From Pyrinomonadaceae bacterium (GTDB lineage: Bacteria; Acidobacteriota; Blastocatellia; Pyrinomonadales; Pyrinomonadaceae): a DNA stretch of 64,000 bases. A model generated the notes under the pieces. It did not search any database. It saw only the letters and a list, made by a program, of their open reading frames with translations, and was not told where the DNA came from. The translations under genes and the position numbers were made by a program. The stretch lies in contig JBKBYA010000004.1 in assembly GCA_046313635.1 (NCBI GenBank), positions 160,001 through 224,000 on the forward strand, given 5' to 3'. How positions within the stretch are numbered: the first letter of the stretch is position 1; every line of letters begins with the position of its first letter. Of this stretch, positions 42,898-53,265 are shown in pieces.

Positions 42898-43515
42898 CTA
42901 GCCTTCCTGTATAAAACCGCTGTCGTACTGCTCGAGTATCTCCCGGGCCTCGTCGGACTCAAATTCGTACGCCTGCTGCTCAAGCGCCGACGCGGCGATG
43001 AGCGAGTACAGCGAGTCGTCGAGCAGCTGAGCGATGCTCTGCGGCGGCAGGTGAACGAGACACTCGGTCGCGAGGGCCCTGATCTGCGGCGAGCCGGTCT
43101 GGCGGACGACCTCGGCGATCTCGGCCGCCGAAAAGCGCTGCGTGAGCCGCTCGGCCAATTGGTCGAGCTTCTTAAAATCGTTCTTGCCGAGGGCCCGCTC
43201 GGCGAGCTGAATAAAGACCTCGGCCGAGGCCGTCTGCATCTCGAGCAGCGTCGCGCAGGTGTCGGCAAGCTGGTTGATCTCGTTCAGCTTTCGCACGTCG
43301 GAGCGGGTCTCTTTTGTCCTCGATTGCTCCTCGAGCGCGTCGAGCAGCCGGCTGAGTTCCCAGTCGGCGTGCGCGTCGTAAGGCACGGCGTGCGATTTCG
43401 GAATGTTTGTGGGCGAAAGGCCTGATTGGAGAGCCTTCGTGAGCAGCTTTTGAGTGACCGGCCTCAGCCCGTCCCAAACGCTCGCGACCCTTCCACCAAG
43501 TTCTTTGATCATCAT
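42898..43515 (-). CDS. Hypothetical helical (HEAT-like) protein
   Basis: Protein-like composition; a TTGACA-17-CAAACT promoter-like site at 43556-43528 supports the ATG at 43515/43512. Confidence 0.6.
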   Translation of the reverse strand: MMIKELGGRVASVWDGLRPVTQKLLTKALQSGLSPTNIPKSHAVPYDAHADWELSRLLDALEEQSRTKETRSDVRKLNEINQLADTCATLLEMQTASAEVFIQLAERALGKNDFKKLDQLAERLTQRFSAAEIAEVVRQTGSPQIRALATECLVHLPPQSIAQLLDDSLYSLIAASALEQQAYEFESDEAREILEQYDSGFIQEG

Positions 43516-43598
43516 GTCAACAGTCCTAGTTTGCAGGCGGGGTATAGCGATGTCAAGGAAACTTTTGAAACAAAAACCAGGCCCGTTCGCCGCAAAAT

Positions 43599-43946
43599 CT
43601 ACGCATTGCCGGCAAATTTTCGGCTTGTTTCTCGCAGTCTCTGCTGGGTCTCTGAGAGCGCCGCCTCGAGCTCGTCCGGCCCGGCGTCGCCGGCGACCGA
43701 GGTCACCAGAGCGAAGGGCAGATTGCCCAAACGGCGGATCTCCCAGGCAACGCTGTCGGGCCGCGACTGCCGCGAGAACCATGCCGCGTCGAGATCGGAA
43801 TCGACGATCCGAACCCCCGCAAACAGCCGTGCCGCCTCGTCCGCCAACTCTCTTTTAAGTGACGCAGAAAGCAAAACACGGCGGAGTTCCCAGCCGTGTC
43901 TTGCGTACGTATCGACGATCTCTCGTATCGTGTCGGGCTCGATCAT
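43599..43946 (-). CDS. Hypothetical protein
   Basis: ATGA overlap with the upstream lipoprotein gene; plausible composition. Confidence 0.6.
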   Translation of the reverse strand: MIEPDTIREIVDTYARHGWELRRVLLSASLKRELADEAARLFAGVRIVDSDLDAAWFSRQSRPDSVAWEIRRLGNLPFALVTSVAGDAGPDELEAALSETQQRLRETSRKFAGNA

Positions 43947-44572
43947 GGCTTGGCGTTCGCGTTTGCCTTGGGCATCGGGACTTCCTTGGGCACGACCGGT
44001 TTGACGGCGTTAAAGTTGACGTTCGCGTTGATCGGGACCATGTTGTTGCCGGCCGAGTTTGCGGCCATCTGCTCCTTTTGGGCCCGTCCCATTCCCGGCG
44101 ACTTAAAGGTGTCGGCAAATAGATCGCCGACCGCGAGCTTCCATGCGCCATCCTCCTTGATGAAGGGCAGATCTTCCCAGCGGCTCTCTTTGATGTTGTA
44201 GACCTCGACCGCGCCCATATCGCCGTTGACACGCTCGTCGCGGATCTCGGGCAGCGAAGGTGCGAATGTCGTCGCGGTAAAACCGTTCTCGACCACCTTG
44301 TCGACGGTGCTGTTTTGCCGCGCGGCCTGCGCTTCTGCAAGGGCCAGCGTCTTTTTGGTCAGCACGCTCTTGATGGCCTGCGGGTCTTTTGCCTTTACGG
44401 CGGCAAAGAGCTGCTTGTAGGCGTCGGTAGGAGTGGCCGCGGCCGAGCCCGGAGCCGGAGCCGCGGCATCCTTTGAACGTTGGCAGGATGAAACGGCAAA
44501 GACCGCGATCGACAGCAGGGCAAACAGTCCGACAACGCGTAAGATGAGGTTACGTAAGCTCGTATTTTGCAT
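43943..44572 (-). CDS. Lipoprotein, NTF2/DUF4878-like
   Basis: Lipobox AVSSC; TPTDAYK, FIKEDGAWKL. Confidence 0.7.
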   Translation of the reverse strand: MQNTSLRNLILRVVGLFALLSIAVFAVSSCQRSKDAAAPAPGSAAATPTDAYKQLFAAVKAKDPQAIKSVLTKKTLALAEAQAARQNSTVDKVVENGFTATTFAPSLPEIRDERVNGDMGAVEVYNIKESRWEDLPFIKEDGAWKLAVGDLFADTFKSPGMGRAQKEQMAANSAGNNMVPINANVNFNAVKPVVPKEVPMPKANANAKP

Positions 44573-44701
44573 CTGGGAAATTATAGGAAGGCGGCCTGCA
44601 AAAGTAAATTTTCGCCGTTCCGACACGTTTCGGCCCGTGATTTACATCCGCCCGCGACAGCAGTTATCCTTTGCTCAAGCTTTAGAAATTTGAGCTCTAG
44701 T

Positions 44702-45433
44702 ATGAAGGAATGTCCCGCCTGCGGCTCACCATACACGGACGACACGCTCCAGTTCTGCCTGCAGGACGGCATGCGGCTGACGGCCGTCGCCGCGCAGCGT
44801 TTGCCCGCGCCGTCTGCCGCGGCGAAGCCGACTCGCAGGTCGCGCACCGGCCTCGTCATTTTTGTGACGGCGGTGCTGACGGTGCTTGTCTTTGCGGCCG
44901 GAGCGATCGCGGTCTGGCTATTTACGCGGCGAAGCGCCGAGCGCTCCGACCGTGTCAATGTCAACCTTGCCGAACGCACTCCGAGTCCGACCGCCGCACC
45001 TTCATCCACGGCTTCGCCGTCGCCTTCCGCAACGCCGACGCGAACGCCGGCCGTGGATCGGGCCGCGGTCACCCGCGAGATAAACGAGGCGATCGAGGCC
45101 TGGGTCGCCGACACCGAATCGTTCGACCTCGAGTCGCTCGCCGGTCGCTACGCCGACACGGTCGAATACTTCCGATCCGGCGGGGTCGCCCGGTCGGCGG
45201 TCGTCCGCGACAAGCAGCGGGCATTCGAGCAGTTCGAGACGATCAGAATACGGATCGGCGACGTCCGGGTCGAACCGTCGGAAAAGGGTGACGAGGCGAC
45301 GGCCGAGTTCGACAAGGAATGGAGCTTCAGCGGCGAACGCGTATCGGAAGGGAAGGTGCGGAGCCGGCTCAGATTCAAAAAGACCGGCGGCCGCTGGCTC
45401 ATCACCAGCGAAAAGGACGTCAAGGTTTACTAA
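44702..45433 (+). CDS. Zinc-ribbon/TM/NTF2-like membrane protein
   Basis: MKECPACG...FCLQDG, TM helix, Pro/Thr linker, GRWLITSE C-terminus. Confidence 0.75.
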   Translation: MKECPACGSPYTDDTLQFCLQDGMRLTAVAAQRLPAPSAAAKPTRRSRTGLVIFVTAVLTVLVFAAGAIAVWLFTRRSAERSDRVNVNLAERTPSPTAAPSSTASPSPSATPTRTPAVDRAAVTREINEAIEAWVADTESFDLESLAGRYADTVEYFRSGGVARSAVVRDKQRAFEQFETIRIRIGDVRVEPSEKGDEATAEFDKEWSFSGERVSEGKVRSRLRFKKTGGRWLITSEKDVKVY

Positions 45434-45470
45434 GCCGCCCGTACCTATCCGGGCGGCGGCAGCCCTATCG

Positions 45471-46430
45471 ATGAAAGCACTCAGATTCACAGGCGGCGAG
45501 CTCGCTATCGCCGATGTTCCGATCCCAGAGCGTGCCGGCGAGGCACTGGTCCGCGTCACGCTCTCAGGCGTCTGCAATACGGATCTTGAGATCGTCCGCG
45601 GTTATGCCGGCTTTGAAGGCACGATCGGGCACGAATTCGTCGGCGTGGTCGAGGATGCGCCCGATCGCCCCTCGCTCGTCGGCCGCCGCGTCGTCGGCGA
45701 GATCAACGCGGGCTGCGGCCGCTGCCCAAGATGCGCTGCGGGTGACCCGCGTCACTGTCCCGAAAGGACGGTCCTCGGCATACACGGCCGCGACGGAGCT
45801 CATGCCGAATATTTGGCCCTCCCGGCCGCGAATCTGCTCGAGCTTCCCGCTGCGGTCACTGACGAGCACGCCGTCTTTACCGAGCCGCTGGCCGCGGCGC
45901 TCGGCATCGTCGAACGCGTCGCCGTCGAGCCGGGCGCGCGGGCAGCCGTCATCGGCGACGGCAAGCTCGGCATCCTCTGCGCTTGGGCGATAGCGTCGGT
46001 GCACGATCGCGAGGTGCTCCTGATCGGCAAGCACCGTCGAAAGCTCGAGCGCGCCGCCGCAGAAGGCGTCAGGACCTGCCTGCTCGACGAAATTGCCGGA
46101 ATCTCAAGCGAATTCGACATTGTTGTTGAGGCAAGCGGTTCGGAGAGTGGATTCGAGACCGCGGTCGAGCTCACACGGCCGCGCGGCACGATAGTTCTCA
46201 AATCGACCTTTCAAGGCGTAACGAATTGGCCCGCGTCGCGGATCGTCGTCGACGAGATCGCGGTCGTCGGCTCGCGATGCGGACGATTTGCCCCGGCGAT
46301 CGAGGCGCTGGCGGCGGGTGCGTTTGACCTCTCGCGGCTGATCGACAGTGAGTATCGTCTCGCCGACGGCGTCGCCGCGATGCATCACGCCGGCGAGGCC
46401 GGAGTGCTCAAGGTCTTGCTCAGGCCTTGA
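45471..46430 (+). CDS. Zn-dependent alcohol dehydrogenase (MDR family)
   Basis: GVCNTD, GHEFVG, CGRCPRC...HC, GDGKLG. Confidence 0.92.
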   Translation: MKALRFTGGELAIADVPIPERAGEALVRVTLSGVCNTDLEIVRGYAGFEGTIGHEFVGVVEDAPDRPSLVGRRVVGEINAGCGRCPRCAAGDPRHCPERTVLGIHGRDGAHAEYLALPAANLLELPAAVTDEHAVFTEPLAAALGIVERVAVEPGARAAVIGDGKLGILCAWAIASVHDREVLLIGKHRRKLERAAAEGVRTCLLDEIAGISSEFDIVVEASGSESGFETAVELTRPRGTIVLKSTFQGVTNWPASRIVVDEIAVVGSRCGRFAPAIEALAAGAFDLSRLIDSEYRLADGVAAMHHAGEAGVLKVLLRP

Positions 46431-46525
46431 CGCGATGCGGTTTCGCCGCCTGGGGCCGTTTGTTATACTTGCAACCACTCGAACAACGCTAGGCATCTTC
46501 ACGTCGTAGGAGAAGAGGAGAATCT

Positions 46526-48073
46526 ATGTATTTCCGCGAAAGGTCGCAGGCGGTGCTTCATCGGTCGGCGTTCATTTTTGTCCTCTCGGCCGCGCTCGCA
46601 TTCGGAGCAGGCAGCTCGCTCGCTCAGCAGCCTTTGGCGGCTGATAGGCCTGCATCGCTGACGCCGCATGCGCTCTCTGAGACGTTTGCCGAGGTCGTCA
46701 AAAAGGTCGAGCCCGCGGTCGTCAGCATCTCGACAAAGGGCAAGATGCCAGAGATCACGGCCAAGAGCGACACGCCCAAGAGTGATCCCGGCGACATCAT
46801 GGACTTTTTTCGCAAGCAGCTGCCGCGGCGACCTGTTTATGCGATCGGCAGCGGCTTTATCGTCGACAGGTCGGGCTACATCGTCACCAACGCTCACGTT
46901 ATCGAAGAAGCTTCGCGGATCACGGTCAAGCTCGACGACGGGCAGGAGTTTACGGCCCGCGTCATCGGCAGCGACGACGAGACCGATCTCGCGGTGCTGA
47001 AGATCGATGCCGGCCGCGACCTTCCGTTCGTTGATCTCGGCAATTCCGACTCGGCAAAGGTCGGTGAGTGGGTGCTCGCGATCGGCTCGCCATTTGGCCT
47101 GTCGCGCACGGTGACGGCAGGCATCATCTCGCAGACCAAGCGCGAGACGCCGCAGGCGACGGCCTTCCAGCGATTTATCCAAACCGACGCGGCGATCAAT
47201 AAAGGCAATTCGGGCGGCCCGCTCGTCAATCTCAAGGGCGAGGTGATCGGCGTCAATTCGCAGATCGCGACGTCGACCGGCGACTACAACGGCGTCGGCT
47301 TTGCGCTGCCGTCAAACGAGGTCGCGACCGTTTACAAGCAGATCCTCGACAACGGACGCGTGCGGCGAGGGTTTTTGGGCGTGACGCTCGAGACCGTCAA
47401 GCAGGAATTTGCCAAGGTCTACGGCCTCGGCGACGCCAAAGGCGCGATCGTGATCGACATTCGCGACAAGCAGAGCCCGGCGGCAAGGGCCGGCCTGCAG
47501 ATCGGCGATGTGATCACGACAGTGAATGGAATGAGGGTCGACAATGCGAACGACCTCATCACACGCGTCTCGTCGACCACGCCCGGCGAGACCGTAACGG
47601 TCGAATACGTCCGTGAGTCGGGGGCGACGGTCGAAAAGCGTCTGACACAGATCCGTCTCGGCGAGCGCGACGACGCGGTCCGCAGCAGTCTGGCCGACGA
47701 CGGTTCGCGCCGAAAGCTGCCGCTCGACGGAACGAGCGTCAAGCAGGAACAGCAGCCTTTTGGTCTCACGCTCAGTGAATTGACGCCCGCGCTTGCGGCC
47801 AGCTACAAGCTCGAGGGAATGAAGGGCATACTGGTTAAGGACGTCAACCCCGAGAGCTACATTGCCGACGTCAAGGTCTCGAACGGCACCGACGCACTCT
47901 CGGAGGGCGACCTCATTCGCCGCATCAACCGCGTCACCGTGACCGACCTCAAGACATTCAATTCGCTCGTCGGCAAGCTCAAGACCGGCGACGCCGTTGT
48001 GATGGAGGTCGTCTCGTACAACCCGGTCAACCGCGCTCCGCAGCTCAAGATCGTTCAGTTCACGGTGCAATAG
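46526..48073 (+). CDS. HtrA/DegP-family serine protease with PDZ domains
   Basis: GSGFI, TNAHV, DLAVLKI, TDAAINKGNSGGPL. Confidence 0.93.
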   Translation: MYFRERSQAVLHRSAFIFVLSAALAFGAGSSLAQQPLAADRPASLTPHALSETFAEVVKKVEPAVVSISTKGKMPEITAKSDTPKSDPGDIMDFFRKQLPRRPVYAIGSGFIVDRSGYIVTNAHVIEEASRITVKLDDGQEFTARVIGSDDETDLAVLKIDAGRDLPFVDLGNSDSAKVGEWVLAIGSPFGLSRTVTAGIISQTKRETPQATAFQRFIQTDAAINKGNSGGPLVNLKGEVIGVNSQIATSTGDYNGVGFALPSNEVATVYKQILDNGRVRRGFLGVTLETVKQEFAKVYGLGDAKGAIVIDIRDKQSPAARAGLQIGDVITTVNGMRVDNANDLITRVSSTTPGETVTVEYVRESGATVEKRLTQIRLGERDDAVRSSLADDGSRRKLPLDGTSVKQEQQPFGLTLSELTPALAASYKLEGMKGILVKDVNPESYIADVKVSNGTDALSEGDLIRRINRVTVTDLKTFNSLVGKLKTGDAVVMEVVSYNPVNRAPQLKIVQFTVQ

Positions 48074-48080
48074 ACCGTCG

Positions 48081-48155
48081 GTCCAAGGTCCAAGGTCCAA
48101 AGTCGGGAAGGCCTCGCGTCTGCCGACTTTGGACTTTGGACTTTAGACTTTAAAC
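48081..48155. repeat. Inverted heptamer tandem array (GTCCAAR / TTTGGAC)
   Basis: GTCCAAG GTCCAAG GTCCAAA GTCGG ... CCGAC TTTGGAC TTTGGAC TTTAGAC TTTAAAC. Confidence 0.85.
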
Positions 48156-48166
48156 TTCATCTATCT

Positions 48167-49699
48167 ATGGCAAAGGCAAAAGAAGCGAAAGCAAAGAAGA
48201 CCGTAGTCAAAACCTATTACAACTTCATCAACGGCGAATGGGTCAAATCGTCTTCGGGCGAGTGGTTTGAGAACGTGAATCCGGCCGACACGTCGGATGT
48301 GATCGGGCGCTTTCCAAAGTCGAATGTCGACGATATGCGTGCCGCGATCGACGCCGCAGCTGCAGCCGCCGACCGCTGGCGCCGCACGCCGGCACCGCGA
48401 CGGGCCGAGCTTCTGTACCGGCTCGGCGAGATCCTCAAAAAGAACAAAGACCGCTATACGCAGGAGATGACCCGCGAGATGGGCAAGGTGCTCAAGGAGG
48501 CGGGCGGCGACGTGCAGGAGGCGATCGACTGCACCTATTACACGGCCGGCGAGGGCCGCCGGCTGCACGGCTTTACGACGCCCGCGGAGATGCCGAACAA
48601 GGCCGCGATGTGCGTCCGCCAGCCGGTCGGCGTGTGCGGACTGATCACGCCCTTCAACTTCCCGATGGCGATCCCGTCGTGGAAGCTGATCCCGGCTCTG
48701 GTCTGCGGCAACACTGTGGTGCTCAAGTCCGGCGAGGACGTGCCGCTCTCGTCGCTCAATCTCGTGAAAGCCTGCGAAGAAGCGGGCATTCCGGCGGGCG
48801 TCGTCAATCTCGTCAACGGCCACGGCTCCGACATCGGCCCGGCGATGCTCGAGCATCCGGCGGTCCGGCTCATCTCATTCACCGGCTCGACCGACACCGG
48901 CCGCATCATCGCCGAGGAATGCGCGCGGCAGAACAAGATCGTCAGCCTCGAGATGGGCGGCAAGAATGCGATCATCGTCATGGACGATGCCGACATCGAC
49001 AACGCCGTCGAGGGTTCGATCTGGGGAGCCTTCGGCACGAGCGGCCAGCGCTGCACGGCGTCGTCGCGGCTCGTTGTTCACAAGAAGGTTTACAAGAAGT
49101 TCGTTGAGAAGTTCGTGGAGCGTTCAAAGTCGCTTCGCGTCGGCAACGGCCTCGACCCGAAAACAGACGTCGGCCCCGTCATCAACGAGGCCGCGGTCGA
49201 AAAGATCATGAGCTACATCGAGATCGGCCAGCGTGAGGACAAGGCCAAGCTCGCGTGCGGCGGCAATCGTCTGACGAACGGCCAGTACAGCAAAGGCTAC
49301 TTCATCGAGCCGACCGTCTTTGCCGACGTCAAGCCGGGAATGCGTGTCGAGCAGGAAGAGATCTTTGGCCCCGTGACGTCGATCATTCCTTTCTCGACGC
49401 TCGAGGAGGCGATCGACATCGTCAACGGCGTCAAATACGGTCTCTCGTCGGCGATCTATACGCAGGACGTTAACCGCGCCTTCTACGCGATGCAGGAGCT
49501 CTACACCGGCATCTGCTACATCAACTCAGCGACGATCGGCGCCGAGGTCCATCTGCCCTTCGGCGGAACGAAAGCCACCGGCAACGGCCACCGCGAAGCC
49601 GGCACACAGGTGCTCGACATCTTCAGCGAGTGGAAGTCGATCTACGTCGACTACTCCGGCAAACTGCAGAAGGCGCAGATCGACGAGGTTGAGATCTGA
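48167..49699 (+). CDS. Aldehyde dehydrogenase
   Basis: [35 protein letters not shown]. Confidence 0.96.
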   Translation: MAKAKEAKAKKTVVKTYYNFINGEWVKSSSGEWFENVNPADTSDVIGRFPKSNVDDMRAAIDAAAAAADRWRRTPAPRRAELLYRLGEILKKNKDRYTQEMTREMGKVLKEAGGDVQEAIDCTYYTAGEGRRLHGFTTPAEMPNKAAMCVRQPVGVCGLITPFNFPMAIPSWKLIPALVCGNTVVLKSGEDVPLSSLNLVKACEEAGIPAGVVNLVNGHGSDIGPAMLEHPAVRLISFTGSTDTGRIIAEECARQNKIVSLEMGGKNAIIVMDDADIDNAVEGSIWGAFGTSGQRCTASSRLVVHKKVYKKFVEKFVERSKSLRVGNGLDPKTDVGPVINEAAVEKIMSYIEIGQREDKAKLACGGNRLTNGQYSKGYFIEPTVFADVKPGMRVEQEEIFGPVTSIIPFSTLEEAIDIVNGVKYGLSSAIYTQDVNRAFYAMQELYTGICYINSATIGAEVHLPFGGTKATGNGHREAGTQVLDIFSEWKSIYVDYSGKLQKAQIDEVEI

Positions 49700-49725
49700 T
49701 TAATAAACGATAGACTGCCAAGACT

Positions 49726-49757
49726 GAACCGCTCGCCTCAGACGAGCGGTTCGTTTT
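49726..49757 (+). terminator. Intrinsic terminator
   Basis: GAACCGCTCG-cctcaga-CGAGCGGTTC-GTTTT. Confidence 0.75.
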
Positions 49758-49770
49758 GATTCTGATCGCT

Positions 49771-50277
49771 ATGCCGATGAAATACGACGAAAGCGAATTC
49801 CTGGATCTGTGCGCTCTGCGCTTTGACGGTTACAAGTATACCGAGGATCGTGGACACCGCATGGGGCCGGACCTCGTTGATTTTCCCGAGCTCGTCGATC
49901 GGGTCGAGAAAACGCGTGAGTTCTATCCCGACCCGCTCGATAATCTCGCGGTCTTTTTTGCGCTTCAACGATACCTCGGCAAATGGGGCGGAGAGTATCT
50001 GACGGTTTATTCGAATGAGCATCTCGTCTTCAGGATGCTCTTTCTGCATCTCTATCGAGAGGAGATCCCGGAACGTTACCGTATGACACAGGCCGGCTGG
50101 TATGAAGAATGGGAAACCAAATTCCGCCCGGTGCGAGAAGAGCTCGCCGCGCAGTTAAGACGTACCTTGCGGAGACGCGGTCGTGGGCGACCGATCGCAG
50201 TTCCGGTACAAAGCGGACGTCGATATCGATCGTCGTATCGCGCCAGCCGTGAAGAACGGCCGTCGAACCGCCGGTAA
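49771..50277 (+). CDS. Hypothetical protein; its 3' end reads into the antisense strand of a broken neighbour
   Basis: Aromatic-rich globular-looking ORF up to about 50195, then Arg/Ser-rich antisense tail. Confidence 0.55.
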   Translation: MPMKYDESEFLDLCALRFDGYKYTEDRGHRMGPDLVDFPELVDRVEKTREFYPDPLDNLAVFFALQRYLGKWGGEYLTVYSNEHLVFRMLFLHLYREEIPERYRMTQAGWYEEWETKFRPVREELAAQLRRTLRRRGRGRPIAVPVQSGRRYRSSYRASREERPSNRR

Positions 50278-50362
50278 AATACACCCGGGCCGGCTCGCGG
50301 ACGCTCCTTCCGAGCGCTCGCATGAAAAGGGCGATCTTGTCTCGATTGGTTACTTCGCGCAT
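50195..50362 (-). pseudogene. Truncated DUF6036-like nucleotidyltransferase
   Basis: VYFTGGSTAVLHGWRDTTIDIDV motif; similarity stops after about 55 aa. Confidence 0.7.
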
Positions 50363-50613
50363 TCCGCGGCACGCTCGAAACTTACAAGCCTTCTGACCAG
50401 GGCGTTGTATTTGGAATGGGCCGCATCGCCGGCCGTTGAACGGAGCAGATCGTAGAGGCGATGTTCGGGTGAGTCGGGCAGATCCGATGGAATAGCGATC
50501 CCCAGACGCCGAAGCCGCGGGGCACCGATCGCGACCAGCAGGGCAGGAATAGTCTCGTTCCCGTCCGCCAGATCACTGATGCCCTGCGTTATGATCTCTT
50601 CACCGGGCAGCAT
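50350..50613 (-). CDS. Small protein upstream of the nucleotidyltransferase (putative TA partner)
   Basis: 87-aa ORF LPGEE...ALLVAIGAPRLR...YNALVRRLVSFERA overlapping the NTase start. Confidence 0.65.
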   Translation of the reverse strand: MLPGEEIITQGISDLADGNETIPALLVAIGAPRLRRLGIAIPSDLPDSPEHRLYDLLRSTAGDAAHSKYNALVRRLVSFERAAECAK

Positions 50614-50745
50614 TTCTTTTCGAAACGATCGCTGATGCATTATATCCCAGCACCGTCCCTGCTTCGGCCGGCAGGCCAAAGAAGTTAAAATGTCATCATC
50701 GACCAAACATGTTCGCCGACCTGGCCTCCGCGACCGTATTTCTAA

Positions 50746-52938
50746 ATGACCATCGCCCACGCACTCGACATCCTCAAGCACCAATTCGGCTACGACTCTT
50801 TCCGCATGCATCAGCAGGCGGCGATCGAGACCGTGCTGGCGGGCAGGGACTGTCTCGTCCTGATGCCGACCGGCGGCGGGAAGTCGCTTTGCTATCAGGT
50901 GCCGGCGGTGATGATGGGAGGCGTGACGGTCGTCGTCAGCCCGCTGATCGCGTTGATGAAAGACCAAACCGACGCGCTCCGCAGCAACGGCGTGGAGGCC
51001 GCGTTTCTCAACTCGACGCAGAACGCGCAGGAGCAGACCGAGGTCTTTCGCGGCGTCAGGCAACGCAGGATCAAGCTGCTCTATGTCGCGCCCGAGCGGC
51101 TGCTGCAGTCGGGCGACCGGTTTTTGGATTTTCTCGCGTCGATCGACGTCTCGCTCTTCGCGATCGACGAAGCGCACTGCATCTCGAGCTGGGGGCACGA
51201 CTTCAGGCCCGAGTACATTCAGCTTGGCAAGCTCAAACAGACCTTTCCAAATGTGCCGCTGATCGCGCTAACGGCGACCGCCGACAAGCTCGTTCGCAAG
51301 GATATCGTCGAGCGGCTCGGCATTGCGGACGCAGAGCGTTTTGTCTCGAGCTTTAATCGTCCCAACATCTTCTATCGCGTCGAGCCGAAACGAAATTCCT
51401 ACTCGCAGCTCCTCGAATATCTCGACACGCGCCGCGACGAGAGCGGCATCATCTACTGCCTCAGCCGAAGCTCGGTCGACAGTCTTGCCGCCGACCTGCG
51501 CGACGAGGGTTTTGATGCTCTTGCCTATCACGCCGGACTCGACAAGGCGACACGCGATCGGCATCAGGAGCTTTTTGTCCGCGACGAAGCAAAGATCGTC
51601 GTCGCGACGATCGCATTCGGCATGGGCATCGATAAGTCGAACGTCCGATTCGTCGTGCACATGGACCTGCCCAAGAACATCGAGAGCTACTATCAGGAAA
51701 CCGGCCGCGCGGGCCGCGACGGCCTGCCGAGCGAGGCGCTGCTCTTTTACAGCTACGCCGACGTGATCAAGTTGAAGGGCTTTGCCGAGGTCGACGGCAA
51801 TCGCGAGCAGACCGAGATCATGCTTAAAAAACTCGCCGTGATGGGCGAGTACGGCGACCTTCGCACATGCCGGCGGCGGTATCTGCTCAAGTACTTTTCG
51901 GAGGAGCTCGCCGAGGACTGCGGCCACTGCGACAACTGCACGACCGAGGTCGAGCGCTTTGACGGCACCGTCATCGCGCAAAAGGCGCTGAGCGCGGTTT
52001 ACCGCACGGGCGGGCGATTCGGGATCAGTTATCTCGTCGATCTGCTGCGGGGCTCGCAGGCGAAAACGATCCGCGACGAGCACCGCAATCTGCCGACGTA
52101 CGGCGTCGGCGCCGACGTATCGAAGAACGATTGGTTCGACTACTTCAAGGACCTGATCGCGCAGGGGTACCTGAAGCAGAACGATGGGCAATTCCCGACG
52201 ATCTCTCTGACCGAAACGAGCGCCGACGTTCTGCGCGGGCAGGTCAAGATCGAGCTGATCAAGTCGCGCAACCGCGAAGAGCCGAAGCGGCGCGGGACAG
52301 CAGTCGATTCACCCCTGCCCGAGTACGACAAGGAGCTGTTTGACGAGCTTCGCGCGGTGCGGACCCGATTTGCGCACGCCGAGAACGTGCCGCCGTACGT
52401 GATCTTGTCCGACGCGACGCTGACCGAGATGGCCGCGTACCTCCCGCAATCGATCGAAGAGATGCGGCGAATATCGGGCGTCGGCGACCTGAAGCTGGAA
52501 AAGTACGGCGCGGACTTTTTGCGCGAGATCGTTCGCTACAGCGAAGCGAACGCTCTCATGTCGCGGATCGATCTCAAATCACCGAAACGCGAACGCCGCC
52601 AGCCGAGCACCGCTTCGCGCCGCGATCGCAGCGGCAAGGACACGTACGATACGACGCTCGAGATGTATCGCAACGGCATGTCCATCGCCGACATCGCGGC
52701 CGCCCGCGGGCTGACACGCACGACGATCGAAAATCACCTGATCCGATTTATCCCGAGCGGCGAGGTCCCGCTCGACACTTTTGTCTCGCCCGACCGGTAC
52801 GAGACGATCCGCGACGCGATCGTCCGCAGCGGCTCGACCGAAGCCCTCTCGCCGATCAAACAGCTTCTCGGCGACGACTACTCCTACACCGAGATCCGCG
52901 CCGTCCTCGAAACGCTCAAGTCAGAACCACCCGCGTAA
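50746..52938 (+). CDS. recQ: ATP-dependent DNA helicase RecQ
   Basis: MPTGGGKSLCYQ, DEAHC, QETGRAGRDG, Zn/RQC, HRDC, C-terminal HTH. Confidence 0.97.
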   Translation: MTIAHALDILKHQFGYDSFRMHQQAAIETVLAGRDCLVLMPTGGGKSLCYQVPAVMMGGVTVVVSPLIALMKDQTDALRSNGVEAAFLNSTQNAQEQTEVFRGVRQRRIKLLYVAPERLLQSGDRFLDFLASIDVSLFAIDEAHCISSWGHDFRPEYIQLGKLKQTFPNVPLIALTATADKLVRKDIVERLGIADAERFVSSFNRPNIFYRVEPKRNSYSQLLEYLDTRRDESGIIYCLSRSSVDSLAADLRDEGFDALAYHAGLDKATRDRHQELFVRDEAKIVVATIAFGMGIDKSNVRFVVHMDLPKNIESYYQETGRAGRDGLPSEALLFYSYADVIKLKGFAEVDGNREQTEIMLKKLAVMGEYGDLRTCRRRYLLKYFSEELAEDCGHCDNCTTEVERFDGTVIAQKALSAVYRTGGRFGISYLVDLLRGSQAKTIRDEHRNLPTYGVGADVSKNDWFDYFKDLIAQGYLKQNDGQFPTISLTETSADVLRGQVKIELIKSRNREEPKRRGTAVDSPLPEYDKELFDELRAVRTRFAHAENVPPYVILSDATLTEMAAYLPQSIEEMRRISGVGDLKLEKYGADFLREIVRYSEANALMSRIDLKSPKRERRQPSTASRRDRSGKDTYDTTLEMYRNGMSIADIAAARGLTRTTIENHLIRFIPSGEVPLDTFVSPDRYETIRDAIVRSGSTEALSPIKQLLGDDYSYTEIRAVLETLKSEPPA

Positions 52939-53155
52939 GCGGGCGGGCTCTTCAAACGCCGTCATGAATCGCCCGCGAAAGACGCCAAAAGTCGCGAAAC
53001 AAACAAGTGGACCTTACCGCGGATCACGCAGATGATGCGGATCTGAAGATGACCAATATCTCCGAGGCATTGTCGTATCCGCACGATCCGCGTACATCCG
53101 CGGCCAAAAGCTTTTTCCTGATCTTCGCGCTCTTTCGCGTCTTTCGCCGGCAATC
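52920..53155. repeat. Composite: REP copy followed by two nested palindromic elements
   Basis: REP 52920-52951; outer IR GCCCGCGAAAGACGC.../...TTTCGCGTCTTTCGCCGGC; inner IR CCGCGGAT...GCGGAT / ATCCGC...ATCCGCGG. Confidence 0.8.
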
Positions 53156-53265
53156 ACCGCACGCCAAATTTCTCCACCCCTCCCTTAGCAAATCGCGGCA
53201 AAACTTCGTAAAATCTCAACCATAGTTTCCACTTATCGAAGCACATATTTCCGGAGAAAATCTTT

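Noticed and set aside
50614..51198. Upstream part of the 282-aa minus ORF
   Set aside because: Antisense to recQ; only the last 87 aa look like a real protein.
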